A stretch of DNA of 32,000 nt from Phycisphaera mikurensis NBRC 102666. GTDB taxonomy: Bacteria > Planctomycetota > Phycisphaerae > Phycisphaerales > Phycisphaeraceae. Positions 1 through 9,400 of this stretch are shown in pieces. The notes under the pieces are model-generated. The model was not told the origin of the DNA. It worked only from the letters and a program-made list of their open reading frames with translations, and searched no databases. Numbering within the stretch: the stretch's first letter is position 1; every line of letters begins with the position of its first letter. The translations under genes and the position numbers were made by a program. The DNA lies in the NCBI RefSeq assembly GCF_000284115.1, contig NC_017080.1:1230001-1262000 (forward strand), written 5' to 3'.

Positions 1-657
1 GCGTGCTCGGGCTGGCTCTACGCCCTCGACGCCGCCTTCAACACCGTCCGCGACAACCCGCGGTCCGCCGTGCTGGTCGTCACCACCGAGGCGCTGTCCC
101 GCGTCGTCGACCCCAGCGACTTCGACACCGCCATCCTCTTCGGCGACGCCGCGACCGCCACCGTCGTGCGCGGCTCGGCGGTCGCGGATGCCGCGGGGGG
201 AGCCGCCGGCTTGCCCGCCGGCTCGCTGGTCCTCCACAAGCCCGTGCTCTCGGGCAAGGCCGACCCGGGCATGGTGCTCACCGTCGGCTTCGAGGGCGGC
301 GGCCACGTGCAGATGGACGGCAAGCGCGTCTTCGTCGAGGGCGTGCGGGCGATGACCGAGATGGCCCAGCGGGCCTTCACCGCCGCCGGCCGCCCGCTCG
401 AAGACGTCGACTGGCTCGTGCCCCACCAGGCCAACCGCCGCATCTTCGACGCCGTCGCCAAGAAGCTCAACGTGCCGGCCGAGAAGGTGATCGACCAGAT
501 CGCCCACTGCGGCAACACCTCCTCCAGCAGCATCCCCCTCGCCATCGCCCGGGCCCTCCGCGATGGCAGCGCCACACTCGAGCCCGGCCAGACCGTTGGC
601 GCCGTCGCCTTCGGCGGCGGCTTCACCTTCGGGGCGGCGATCCTCGAAGTGGTCTGA
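1..657 (+). CDS. fabH: 3-oxoacyl-ACP synthase III (KASIII), 5'-truncated by window edge
   Basis: Frame open from window start; motifs ILFGDAATATVV, DVDWLVPHQANRRI and IDQIAHCGNTSSSSIPLAI match the His/Asn active-site regions of FabH. Confidence 0.95.
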   Translation, partial: ACSGWLYALDAAFNTVRDNPRSAVLVVTTEALSRVVDPSDFDTAILFGDAATATVVRGSAVADAAGGAAGLPAGSLVLHKPVLSGKADPGMVLTVGFEGGGHVQMDGKRVFVEGVRAMTEMAQRAFTAAGRPLEDVDWLVPHQANRRIFDAVAKKLNVPAEKVIDQIAHCGNTSSSSIPLAIARALRDGSATLEPGQTVGAVAFGGGFTFGAAILEVV

Positions 658-792
658 GCGTCATCACGAAGCAGATCACGGGGCTCAAGCTTTCTCCGTG
701 TCATCGGGCTTGCCTGATGGGCCCGGCGTCCCCCAAGACAGATCGGGCGGGCCCGATGCCACGGCTTCCAGGATCCGTCCTCGGGGTGCGGG

Positions 793-1434
793 TCAACCGA
801 GGGTTCCGCCTGGATCGTCGGACGCGGCGAGTTCGCAGAAGTGCGCCAACCGCGCCGGCAGGTCCTTGTCGCGGTGGAAGCGTCGAGTCCTGATCAGGCG
901 GAGGAGGTTTTGGACCGTCTCCAGGTCGGAGGCCGTCGCCACGCGGATCAACATCAGGAGGTCGATGCGGTCCTGCAGCCGACGCTCGCTCTCGGAGAGC
1001 AGCTTCAACGCGATGAGGTGCGGGACGCTCGCCGTTGGCACCGCGAGGCCGGGGGCCACCCGCACCGGCGTCGCCGCGTCCACGCACTCCGCTTCGATCC
1101 CGCTGGAAGCGAAGAGGACGTCGACCATCGGCACCAGCCCTTCGTCCACCTGCCCGTCCCGCGGAGTCGGGGGCCGGAGGCGGAGGGTGCTCAAGCGATC
1201 CACCGCCGTCTGCTTCAGGCTGCCTCGGAGCGCGTAGCCGCCGCTGAGGAAGCACCGGGCGACGGCCTCCGCCTCCGCATCGTCGGCCACCGCGATCGCG
1301 AGGTCGACGTCTCGGGTGAAGCGGATGGCCGTTCGGTTCGCCACCGCGATCCCGCCCACCGGGCAGGAACACGCGTCCGCGAGCGTCAGCACCTCGATGG
1401 CGCGTCTCGCACCGGCGTGGAGGCTGGCTTCCAC
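793..1434 (-). CDS. Predicted nucleotidyltransferase (AbiEii/COG4849-like)
   Basis: VGGIAVANRTAIRFTRDVDLAI resembles the Gly-rich plus TxDxDL nucleotidyltransferase motif; MVDVLFASSGIE follows; likely GTG start. Confidence 0.65.
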   Translation of the reverse strand: MEASLHAGARRAIEVLTLADACSCPVGGIAVANRTAIRFTRDVDLAIAVADDAEAEAVARCFLSGGYALRGSLKQTAVDRLSTLRLRPPTPRDGQVDEGLVPMVDVLFASSGIEAECVDAATPVRVAPGLAVPTASVPHLIALKLLSESERRLQDRIDLLMLIRVATASDLETVQNLLRLIRTRRFHRDKDLPARLAHFCELAASDDPGGTLG

Positions 1435-1595
1435 GAGGTGGGCCGGAGGAACGGATCACCGGTGTCCAGAGGACGCTCCATCTCCTCCCGGAGCAGCCGC
1501 GTCCGCTCCTGGGCCTCGATCCCGGGGTGCTCCCGATCGATCCGCTCTCTGAGCATCCAGATGCCCGCTTCGAAGGTCTCGAACACGGCGTGCAT
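1386..1595 (-). CDS. Small charged, probably helical protein (69 aa) overlapping the nucleotidyltransferase CDS
   Basis: MHAVFETFEAGIWMLRERIDREHPGIEAQERTRLLREEMERPLDTGD...; C-terminal part of ORF 1386..2069; ATG at 1595; 49-nt overlap with the next CDS on the same strand. Confidence 0.6.
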   Translation of the reverse strand: MHAVFETFEAGIWMLRERIDREHPGIEAQERTRLLREEMERPLDTGDPFLRPTSWKPASTPVRDAPSRC

Positions 1596-1703
1596 CCGTG
1601 CGGGGAGCTTCGCCGGGTCCTGATCCTGGAAGAGCGGCGGCTGCACGGAACGAGCGTACCCGGCGTTTCTCCCGCACCCCCGGCCGTGCTCTAGCTTGAA
1701 CGC

Positions 1704-2657
1704 ATGCCCGCCGCCAACACCTTCAGCTGCCCGTCCTGCGAGAAGACGTACCGGCTGAAGGAGGGCATGGCGGGGAAGAAGGTCGGCTGCAAGTGCGGCG
1801 AGCGGTTCCGCATCCCCGAGGCGGCCGCGGAGGATGAAGAGGGCGGGCCGCTGGAGCTCTCCGACGGCACGCCCGCCTGGCTGGCCGACGCGGCGCCGGC
1901 CGCGGCCGCCGCGGAGTGCTCGCGCTGCAACGCCCCGCTCAAGCCCAGCGCGGTGCTGTGCCTGAACTGCGGGACCGACCAGCGGACCGGCGCGGCCGCG
2001 GTCGCGCCGCCCGCCGGGTCGGGCTCGATGGACGACGACGGCGACGACGACGCGCCCGCCGCGACGCACCGCCGCATGACCCTCACGCTGTGGGGGATCA
2101 ACGCGCAGATCCTCTCGCTGCTGGCCAAGGGGCTCACGCTGATCCTCGGGATCGTCGCCGTCTTCGCCTCGAATACCCCCGCGATCGAGTGGGCGGCGGT
2201 CGCCGTGGCCCTCGCCGGCGCGGGCCTCGGGGGGCTCGGGGCGGTGCTCTGCCTCTTCTCACCGAGCCCGCTGTGGGGCCGGGTCGTGCTCGCCGCCTCG
2301 CTGGCCTGCTATGCCGCGGGGTTCTGCGTGGAGGTCTGGGCCGAGCTGGGCGGCGCCCACTGGCTCGCCGCGGCGGCCGCCACGCTGCTGGGCGTCGTCG
2401 GCTTGCTGCTGTTCCTGGGCTTCCTGCTCTCGCTCGCCGAACACCTGGACTTCCCGGAGGTGACCGACAACGCCAACAAGGTCTTCGGCACGACGATCGG
2501 CGCGCTGGCGGCCGCCGGCTTCGCGTGGGTGCTCCCGTTTGGCACCTTCCTCGTGATGATCGGCGTGCTTGCGATGATCGTCTACGCGATCTGGATGTAC
2601 GCGACCCTGCTCATCGACCTCTCCCGCTCGGTCGCCTACCGCCGCGACCGCGGGTGA
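1704..2657 (+). CDS. Zinc-ribbon multi-pass membrane protein
   Basis: N-terminal FSCPSCEKTYRLKEGMAGKKVGCKCGERFRIPE, second ribbon CSRCNAPLKPSAVLCLNCGTDQRTG, then several hydrophobic helices. Confidence 0.8.
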   Translation: MPAANTFSCPSCEKTYRLKEGMAGKKVGCKCGERFRIPEAAAEDEEGGPLELSDGTPAWLADAAPAAAAAECSRCNAPLKPSAVLCLNCGTDQRTGAAAVAPPAGSGSMDDDGDDDAPAATHRRMTLTLWGINAQILSLLAKGLTLILGIVAVFASNTPAIEWAAVAVALAGAGLGGLGAVLCLFSPSPLWGRVVLAASLACYAAGFCVEVWAELGGAHWLAAAAATLLGVVGLLLFLGFLLSLAEHLDFPEVTDNANKVFGTTIGALAAAGFAWVLPFGTFLVMIGVLAMIVYAIWMYATLLIDLSRSVAYRRDRG

Positions 2658-2693
2658 CCCGCGTCCCTCGAGGAGCCGGGCGCGTGCGAGTGC

Positions 2694-2785
2694 CCGGGTG
2701 CCACGCCGCTTGCGGGGTGGTCGACCGGCCCGCAAGACGCGCGAGCCTGAGCCCGCTCCCACCCCCCAAGGGGCGTGGCACCCGG
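2694..2785. terminator. Nested inverted repeats between convergent genes (possible bidirectional terminator)
   Basis: CCGGGTGCCACGCC (2694-2707) / GGCGTGGCACCCGG (2772-2785), perfect 14 bp, enclosing CTTGCGGG (2709-2716) / CCCGCAAG (2729-2736) and GGTCGACC (2719-2726). Confidence 0.5.
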
Positions 2786-2830
2786 AAAGGATCCAAAAGG
2801 TGCGTCAGCCGCGCGACACGGGCCGCGGAT

Positions 2831-3919
2831 TCAGCCCGCGACCTTCTCCGCCTGCATCTGGGCCCGCACGCACAGCTCGGCGGCCTTGAGGGCGTGGGCC
2901 TGCGTCATCGCGTTCTCGGTCCGGTCGAGGCAGTCGCGGATCAGCCGGCCGAAGAAGGGGAAGCCCACCTCGCCGGCGAGCTCCATCCGCTGCTCGCCGT
3001 CTCGGTTCGCCAGCAGCAGCACGTCGCCGACGAGGTCGGGCTTGGCGAGGTCCACGTACTTCCGCAGCTCGATCGTGCCCTCGGTGCCGACGATGAAGGT
3101 CCGCCCGTCGCCCCAGGCCCGCAGGCCGGTGGGCGTGAACCAGTCGACGCGGAAGTACATCGTCGCCCCGTTGTCGCCGACGAGCGTGCAGTCGCCGAAG
3201 TCGTCGAGCTCGGGCTGGTCGGGGTGGTTGTAGTTGCCGATCTTGCTCGCCTGGACCCTCGCGTCTTTGCAGCCCGCGTAGTGCAGGAACTGCTCGATCT
3301 GGTGGCTTCCGATGTCGGTGAGGATGCCGCCGTACTTCGCCCGCTGGTAGAACCAGTCCGGCCGCGAGGCCGGGTCGCCGAGGCGGTGCGGGCCGAAGCC
3401 GGTCACGTGGATCACCCGGCCGATCGCGCCCTGCTCGATGAGGGTGCCCGCGTGCATCGCGCACTCCACGTGCAGCCGCTCGGAGAAGTAGACGGCGTAC
3501 TTCTTGCCGGTCCTCTCGACCGCGGCCCTCACCGCGTCGAGCTGCTCGAGCGTGGTCAGCGGCGTCTTGTCGGTGAAGTAGTCCTTGCCCGCCTCCATGC
3601 AGCGGATGCCCAGCGCCGCCCGCTCGCTGGGCACGGCGGCGGCGGCGACGAGTCTCACGGCGGGATCCTCGAGCACCTGCTCCAGCGTGTCGGCGACCCG
3701 GGCCCCGTGCTTCTCCGCCACCGCGCCCGCCTGCTCGGCGTGCTCGGGCTCGGAGAACACCCACCGCAGCGTCGCACCGGCCTCGATCAAGCCGTTGATC
3801 TGGCCGTGGATGTGGCCGTGGTCGAAGGCGACCGCGGCGATGGGGAAGGTCTCGCCGTCGCGGAGGACGGGGTTGGGCTTTCCGGTGGGGGCGTAGGTCG
3901 CGCCGTCGGCTGCGGGCAT
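2831..3919 (-). CDS. Gfo/Idh/MocA family oxidoreductase
   Basis: Residues such as AVAFDHGHIHGQINGLIEAGATLRWVFSEPEHAE, EAGKDYFTDKTPLTTLEQ and LTDIGSHQIEQFLHYAG fit the NAD-binding oxidoreductase family. Confidence 0.85.
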   Translation of the reverse strand: MPAADGATYAPTGKPNPVLRDGETFPIAAVAFDHGHIHGQINGLIEAGATLRWVFSEPEHAEQAGAVAEKHGARVADTLEQVLEDPAVRLVAAAAVPSERAALGIRCMEAGKDYFTDKTPLTTLEQLDAVRAAVERTGKKYAVYFSERLHVECAMHAGTLIEQGAIGRVIHVTGFGPHRLGDPASRPDWFYQRAKYGGILTDIGSHQIEQFLHYAGCKDARVQASKIGNYNHPDQPELDDFGDCTLVGDNGATMYFRVDWFTPTGLRAWGDGRTFIVGTEGTIELRKYVDLAKPDLVGDVLLLANRDGEQRMELAGEVGFPFFGRLIRDCLDRTENAMTQAHALKAAELCVRAQMQAEKVAG

Positions 3920-3995
3920 GGGGTTCTCGGTTGGGGAAGGAGGCGGAGAAGGCGAGGGTAAAAGGAGTCGGTGCCGGCGGCCGTAGCGTGGGCCG

Positions 3996-5294
3996 ATGCC
4001 GACCGACCCCCACAGCGAGCGGCACGCGGAGGTGCTGGTGGTCGGCGGCGGGGCGGCGGGGTTGTACGCGGGCGTTTGGGCGGCGCGGGCGGGTGCGAGG
4101 GTCGCGGTGCTGGAGGGCTCGCGTCGGGCGGGGGCCAAGGTGCTCATCGCCGGCGGCGGCCGCTGCAACGTGACCCACGACGTGGTGCGGCCGGCGGACT
4201 ACTGCACCAGCCGGGCGAAGGCGGTCGTCAAGAAGACGCTCGCCCGGCATGGCGTCGCCGACGTGGTGGCCTTCTTCGCCGAGCGGGGCGTGGAGCTCAA
4301 GCGCGAGGAGACGGGCAAGCTGTTCCCGGTCAGCGACAAAGCGCGGAGCGTGCTCGACGCGATGACCTCGGCGCTCGACGACGCGGGGGGGGTGCTGCAC
4401 ACGCGGTCCCGTGTCACCGCGGTCGATCCGCGGACCGCGGGCGGTTTCGACGTCCGGGTGTCGCGGTCCGCGGATCCGGAGCCGGAGGCCTGGACGGCCG
4501 ACCGCGTGGTGTTCTGCCCGGGCGGCAGGGCGCTCCCGGCATCGGGCAGCGACGGCGGCGGGTACGCGATCGCGGAGCGGCTCGGCCACACCGTCACCGC
4601 GACCTGGCCCGCGCTCGTGGCGTGGACCTGCGAGGAGGGCCACTGGCTGCAGGAGCTGCCCGGCGTGGCTCTGCCCGCGGAGGTGCGGGTGACCAACGCG
4701 AACGGCAAGGTGCTCGCGAGGCAGACCGGCGACACGCTGGTGACGCACCGGGGCCTGAGCGGACCGGCGCCCATGGACCTCTCGCGACACATCGAGGCGG
4801 CGCGGCGGAGCGAGCCCGGCGGGCGGCTGCGCGTGCAGATCGGCTTCTGGCCGGGCGCGACCTTCGACGAAGCCGACACCCGGCTGCGGGAGGCCGCGGA
4901 GGCGGAGCCGAGGGCGGCGGTCCGCTCCTTCCTCAAGTGGACGATCCCGCAGCGGCTGGCCGAGGCGCTGCTCGCCGGCCCCGTCGGCGTCGACCCGGGC
5001 ACGCCGCTGGGGCACCTGAAGCGTGAGCACCGGCGGGCGCTCGCTCACCTGCTCGTGGCGACCGAGGTGCCCGTCGACGGCGACCGCGGCTTCGACCACG
5101 CCGAGGCGACCGCCGGCGGTGTGCCGCTGGACGAGGTCGACCCGGCGACCTTCCAGAGCCGCCGCCGCCGGGGGCTCTTCCTCGCCGGCGAGGTGCTCGA
5201 CGTCGACGGCCGGATCGGCGGGTACAACTTCCAGTGGGCGTGGGCGAGCGGCTTCCTCGCGGGCTCGGCGGCGGCGGCCGCCGCCGCGGTCTGA
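3996..5294 (+). CDS. NAD(P)/FAD-dependent oxidoreductase, BaiN/RdsA (HI0933, YhiN)-like
   Basis: HAEVLVVGGGAAGLYAGVWAARAGARVAVLEG; GAKVLIAGGGRCNVTHD; C-terminal GEVLDVDGRIGGYNFQWAWASGFLAG. Confidence 0.92.
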   Translation: MPTDPHSERHAEVLVVGGGAAGLYAGVWAARAGARVAVLEGSRRAGAKVLIAGGGRCNVTHDVVRPADYCTSRAKAVVKKTLARHGVADVVAFFAERGVELKREETGKLFPVSDKARSVLDAMTSALDDAGGVLHTRSRVTAVDPRTAGGFDVRVSRSADPEPEAWTADRVVFCPGGRALPASGSDGGGYAIAERLGHTVTATWPALVAWTCEEGHWLQELPGVALPAEVRVTNANGKVLARQTGDTLVTHRGLSGPAPMDLSRHIEAARRSEPGGRLRVQIGFWPGATFDEADTRLREAAEAEPRAAVRSFLKWTIPQRLAEALLAGPVGVDPGTPLGHLKREHRRALAHLLVATEVPVDGDRGFDHAEATAGGVPLDEVDPATFQSRRRRGLFLAGEVLDVDGRIGGYNFQWAWASGFLAGSAAAAAAAV

Positions 5295-5325
5295 GGCCAT
5301 CTGCCATGCTGGTGCGGTGGCCGAC

Positions 5326-7020
5326 GTGAAGACAAGCAACGCGCGACGCCTCCAATCGTGGACGGCGCACCTCGGGCTGCTCGCCGCAACGGGGGTGCTG
5401 CTGGCGCTGGCGTTCCCGCTGCCGGGGTGGTCGTGGCTGGGCTTCCTCGCGCTGGCGCCGGCCGCGGTGGTCGTCGGCAGGTCGGCGAGCCCGCGTCGGG
5501 TCTGGGTCGCGGGCTTCGTGGTCTTCTCGCTGTGGTTCCTTTGGATGCTGCGGTGGCTGTGGCCGGTGACGGGGCCGGGGGTGCTGGCGCTGGCGCCCTT
5601 CACGGCGGTGTTCCCGGCGACGGCGCTCTGGGCGGCGAACCTCGCGGTGGTGCGGGGGAGGATCCCGGTGGTGCTGGCGCTGCCGGCGTGCTGGGTGGCG
5701 GGGGAGTTCTTGCGGAGCGTGCAGCCCTGGGGCGGGTTCGGGTGGTTCGCGCTGGGGCACACGGCGGGAGCGTTCGGCCCGGACGCAGGGCCAAGCGCTC
5801 ACGCGCTTCTCGCCTCGGTGGCGGGTGCCCCGCTGGTCAGCCTGTTCCTGGCGTACGTCGCGTGCGAGTTCGCGACCGTGGCGACCCGTCGCGGGCGCAT
5901 CGGGCGGGTGCTGCTGCGGTTTTCGGGAGCTGCCGCGTTGCTGCTCACGCTGATCTGGGCCGGGTCGGTGATCCATTCGCTGACCCCGCGGAGCGGAGTC
6001 CAAGTCGCCGCGATCCAGACCAACAACCCCCACAGCAACCGCGTGGCCCCGACCTACGAGGATCTGGCGGCGGAGTTCCGCGGGCTCGCGGGCCTGCACC
6101 GCGACGCGGCGGCGGCCCGGCCGAAGCCGGCGCTGATCCTCTGGCCCGAGACGATCGTGCCCGGGCCGTTCAACCGCGACGCGGACGGGCTGGACCAGAG
6201 CCCCTTCGCCACCGCGGCGCGGGCGCTCATCGAGGAGTGCGGCATCCCCACCGTCGTCGGTGGCGGCTTCTCGCTCCCCGGCGAGGGCACGCCGCGGCAC
6301 AACTCCGCGTACCTGGTGCTGCCCGGCGAGCCGGTGGAGGCGGCGCGTCACGACAAGGTCCACCGCGTGCCCTTCGGCGAGTACATCCCCGGGCCGGGCT
6401 GGCTCAAGGAGCTCGTGCTCCACAGGTTCAGCCCCTACGACTTCGACTACACGCTGACCGAGGGACGGCTCGGCAAGCCCTTCAAGCTTCTGCTGGAGGA
6501 CGGCCGCACGCTCCGCTTCGCCACGCCGATCTGCTTCGAGGACACGAACCCGAGGCTCACGCGGCAGATGGCCGGACGCGGGGCGGAGGCGCTCCTGAAC
6601 CTCACGACGTCCGGCTGGTTCGGGCGGATGCCCGCGGACGGCGACGCCGGCGGCCTCGCCTGGCGCTCCGTCCGCGCCCAGCACCTCCAGATCGCGGGCT
6701 TCCGCTCCATCGAGACCGGCCTGCCGACGCTCCGCGCCGTCAACACCGGCGACTCCGCCCTCGTGACCGGCGCGGGTTTCGTCCGCGGGACGCTCCCGCC
6801 CGGCGAGCCCGGCGTCCTCCACGCCGAGCTGCCCCTTCCCGCCGCGGGCGAGGCGGAGCGAACCCTCTACGTCCGCGGCGGGTACCTCTTCGCGCCGGCC
6901 CTCGCGTGCCTCGCGACGCTCTTCCTGCTGGCCGGGCTGTTTCGGGCGAAGGAGGAGGACCCGATCTTGCGGACCGCGAGCCCGTCGGGCGGCAGGCCCG
7001 CCGGCGGGGAGGAGGGTTGA
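5326..7020 (+). CDS. lnt: Apolipoprotein N-acyltransferase
   Basis: Multi-TM N-terminus; nitrilase-like region with LWPETIVPGPF, KVHRVPFGEYIPG and CFEDTNPRLTRQM (Glu-Lys-Cys triad); proposed GTG start in ORF 5023..7020. Confidence 0.9.
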   Translation: MKTSNARRLQSWTAHLGLLAATGVLLALAFPLPGWSWLGFLALAPAAVVVGRSASPRRVWVAGFVVFSLWFLWMLRWLWPVTGPGVLALAPFTAVFPATALWAANLAVVRGRIPVVLALPACWVAGEFLRSVQPWGGFGWFALGHTAGAFGPDAGPSAHALLASVAGAPLVSLFLAYVACEFATVATRRGRIGRVLLRFSGAAALLLTLIWAGSVIHSLTPRSGVQVAAIQTNNPHSNRVAPTYEDLAAEFRGLAGLHRDAAAARPKPALILWPETIVPGPFNRDADGLDQSPFATAARALIEECGIPTVVGGGFSLPGEGTPRHNSAYLVLPGEPVEAARHDKVHRVPFGEYIPGPGWLKELVLHRFSPYDFDYTLTEGRLGKPFKLLLEDGRTLRFATPICFEDTNPRLTRQMAGRGAEALLNLTTSGWFGRMPADGDAGGLAWRSVRAQHLQIAGFRSIETGLPTLRAVNTGDSALVTGAGFVRGTLPPGEPGVLHAELPLPAAGEAERTLYVRGGYLFAPALACLATLFLLAGLFRAKEEDPILRTASPSGGRPAGGEEG

Positions 7021-7125
7021 CGAGAGGCGGGACCTCTCTGCCCGTTTCTCCGAGCCGCGGCTCCGCCCCGTCGGAACGCCGCATGCCGGGGCGAGAACCC
7101 GCCCCTGACCGATACGAGCCGCTTC

Positions 7126-8190
7126 ATGCTTCACGCCCGCCTCCTCCTCGCCGCCGCGCTCTGCCTCGTTCCCGCGTCCGTGGCCCCCGCGCCCGCCGCG
7201 GCGCAGCAACCCGAGGCGGCGGCGACCGCCCCCGCCGACCCCGACGCCGCGGCCGTCGCGGTGATCCTCCGGGCCTCCCGCAGCGACCGCGCCGAGCTGA
7301 GGGCGAACGCGGTGGAGGCGATCCAGCACGCGCCCGACCGGGCGCTGCCGCTGGTCCAGGCCGCGCTGGAGGACGAGAACGCGGGCGTCCGCTTCGCGGC
7401 GCTCTACGTGGTGGGGCGGCAGAAGATGGACGATCTCGGCCCCGCCGTGGAGCGCAAGCTCGCCGCCGGCGACGAACCCAACCCCAGCGTGCGGGCGGCG
7501 GTCGTCTTCGCGGCGGCGCAGCTGGGGCTGGCCGACGACGCGACGCTCTCGCGGATGGCCCGCTACCTGTTCCACGACGACCCGCGGGTGCGGGCCAACG
7601 CGGTGCTGCTGATGGGCGAGATGAAGCAGCCGGGGGCGGCGACGATGCTCCGCCACGCGTCCGCGAAGCCCGCCGGGGATCGGCACCCGCAGATCGAGTG
7701 GGCGCTCCTGCGGCTGCAGGTGGCCGAGGCGCTGGCCAAGGGGGGCGACGCTCCGCCGGATCCCACCTCCGTCGCGCCCGAGCTGACGGGCGACAGCGCC
7801 GGCGCTGGGATCCGCGCGGTGCGGGCGGCGGCGTACTCCACCTTCGACGAGGTCCGCGTCCTCGCGGTGCAGGCGCTCGGGCGGCTCGGCGACGAGGCCT
7901 TCTGGGGCAACCTCAACAACTTCCTCAACCCCGACGACGCCCAGCCCGTCGAGTTCAAGCTCGCCGCCGCCCGCAGCCTCGCCGACCTGGGGCGCGGCGA
8001 CCGCGGGCTCTTCGTCGCCCTCCCCGCCGCCGAGCACGAGCTCCCGACGGTGCGGGCCCAGGCGGCCTTCGCGCTGGGCGCGATGGACGCCGCGGAGGCG
8101 CGCTCCGCGCTGGCGGGCCTGCTGTCGGACCCCGCCGAGCCCGTGCGGCTGGCGGCCGCGGCGGCCTGGCTGGAGCGGTCGGGGTCCTGA
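7126..8190 (+). CDS. Secreted HEAT-repeat protein
   Basis: Signal peptide-like N-terminus; repeated HEAT-type units (SDRAELRANAVEAIQHAPDRALPLVQAALEDENAGVRFAALYVVG, DPRVRANAVLLMGEM, LPTVRAQAAFALGAMDAAEARSALAGLLSDPAEPVRLAAAAAW). Confidence 0.8.
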   Translation: MLHARLLLAAALCLVPASVAPAPAAAQQPEAAATAPADPDAAAVAVILRASRSDRAELRANAVEAIQHAPDRALPLVQAALEDENAGVRFAALYVVGRQKMDDLGPAVERKLAAGDEPNPSVRAAVVFAAAQLGLADDATLSRMARYLFHDDPRVRANAVLLMGEMKQPGAATMLRHASAKPAGDRHPQIEWALLRLQVAEALAKGGDAPPDPTSVAPELTGDSAGAGIRAVRAAAYSTFDEVRVLAVQALGRLGDEAFWGNLNNFLNPDDAQPVEFKLAAARSLADLGRGDRGLFVALPAAEHELPTVRAQAAFALGAMDAAEARSALAGLLSDPAEPVRLAAAAAWLERSGS

Positions 8191-8332
8191 CGCCCCGGCC
8201 GCCCGCCGCCCGGACGCGTCGCCGATCCCCGATTAGACTCCCTCCCGATCCCTTCGGGTCACCCCCTCGCCGGCGTGGATCCACGTCCCTCCCGGCCCGA
8301 CGCCCCCCGCCTCCATCGACCCAAGCCTCGCC

Positions 8333-9217
8333 ATGAGCCCCCTGACCAAAGCGTTCGTTGTCCTGGTGACCCTTCTGTCGATCCTCCTGGTCACCCTGGT
8401 GGTTCCCTTCGTCGCCGGCGTCAGCGACCTGCAGCAGGAGCTGACCATCGAGCAGCAGAAGAGCCGCTCGGCGGAGGTCACCGCCTCGAACCTCAGCGAC
8501 CGGCTGGTGGCGGCGGAGTCGGCGCAGGCCGGCCTGCAGCAGAGCCTCAACGAGACGATCTCCGACCTGGAGAGCCGCAACGCCGAGGTCGCCGCCGAGC
8601 GGAACGACCTGCGTGCGCGGCTGGCCGCGGCCCAGACCGGCCAGCAGGAGATGCAGGCCACGCTGGCCGCGCTCTCGGAGAACGACCGGACCAAGACGCA
8701 GCTGCTGGACACCTACGCCGGCAAGCTGGAGGAAGCCCAGCAGTCGCTGGTGGAGCAGAGCCGCCGCAACGCGGAGCTCACCGACCGCACCAACGAGCTC
8801 AGCAACGAGCGCACGCAGCTGACCCGGAGCGTCCAGCGGCTCAAGGAGCGGAGCACCGAGCTCAGCGAGCAGCTCGCGGCCGCCAGCTCCGCCCTGGCTT
8901 CCGCCGGCGTCGAGGTGCCCGAGGCCGCGGCCTCGGGCCTGGCCGCGGCTCCGGTGCCCGCCGGCGAGCGGATCTTCGGCCAGGTGACCGGCATCGAGGA
9001 CGCCACCGGCGGCCGGGTGCTGGTGCAGATGAACATCGGTGCCAGCGACGGCGTCCGCAACGGCCAGCGCTTCGTCGCCTTCCGTGGCGACGACCAGCTC
9101 GTGGGCACCCTCGAGGTCCGCAGCGTGGACGACACGGTCTCGGTCGCCAGCGTCGTCAGCCAGCAGCAGCCGCTGCGGCCCAGCGACAGCATCGTCTCCG
9201 CCGACGGCATCTTCTAA
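8333..9217 (+). CDS. Membrane-anchored coiled-coil protein
   Basis: One N-terminal TM segment followed by a long Gln/Glu/Leu-rich coiled coil and a compact C-terminal domain (ERIFGQVTGIEDATGGRVLVQMNIGASDGVRNGQRFVAF). Confidence 0.75.
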   Translation: MSPLTKAFVVLVTLLSILLVTLVVPFVAGVSDLQQELTIEQQKSRSAEVTASNLSDRLVAAESAQAGLQQSLNETISDLESRNAEVAAERNDLRARLAAAQTGQQEMQATLAALSENDRTKTQLLDTYAGKLEEAQQSLVEQSRRNAELTDRTNELSNERTQLTRSVQRLKERSTELSEQLAAASSALASAGVEVPEAAASGLAAAPVPAGERIFGQVTGIEDATGGRVLVQMNIGASDGVRNGQRFVAFRGDDQLVGTLEVRSVDDTVSVASVVSQQQPLRPSDSIVSADGIF

Positions 9218-9271
9218 GCCGGCGCGAACCGCCGCCCCCCACCCGCAACCCAACCCGCCGCGAAGCTCCTC

Positions 9272-9400
9272 ATGGGCAACAACAACATCTACACCGCGCT
9301 GGCCTTCTCCGCCTTCCTGGTGCTGCTCTTCGGCGTCGGCTACGTGTACCTGCAGTTCCACTCGCTGACGAACAGCTGGAACCCCTTCGTGTCGATGTGA
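9272..9400 (+). CDS. 42-aa single-pass membrane microprotein
   Basis: ATG...TGA encodes MGNNNIYTALAFSAFLVLLFGVGYVYLQFHSLTNSWNPFVSM, 54 nt after the coiled-coil CDS, same strand. Confidence 0.6.
   Translation: MGNNNIYTALAFSAFLVLLFGVGYVYLQFHSLTNSWNPFVSM

Noticed and set aside
2805-5762. 985-aa minus-strand ORF
   Set aside because: Overlaps the oxidoreductase in another frame and the flavoprotein on the other strand; no domain signal, many Arg/Pro/Ala runs.
4933-8037. 1034-aa minus-strand ORF opposite lnt and the HEAT-repeat gene
   Set aside because: Low-complexity antisense translation overlapping clear conserved genes on the plus strand.
5358-8336. 992-aa alternative-frame ORF
   Set aside because: Frameshifted shadow of lnt and the HEAT-repeat CDS; no recognisable motifs.
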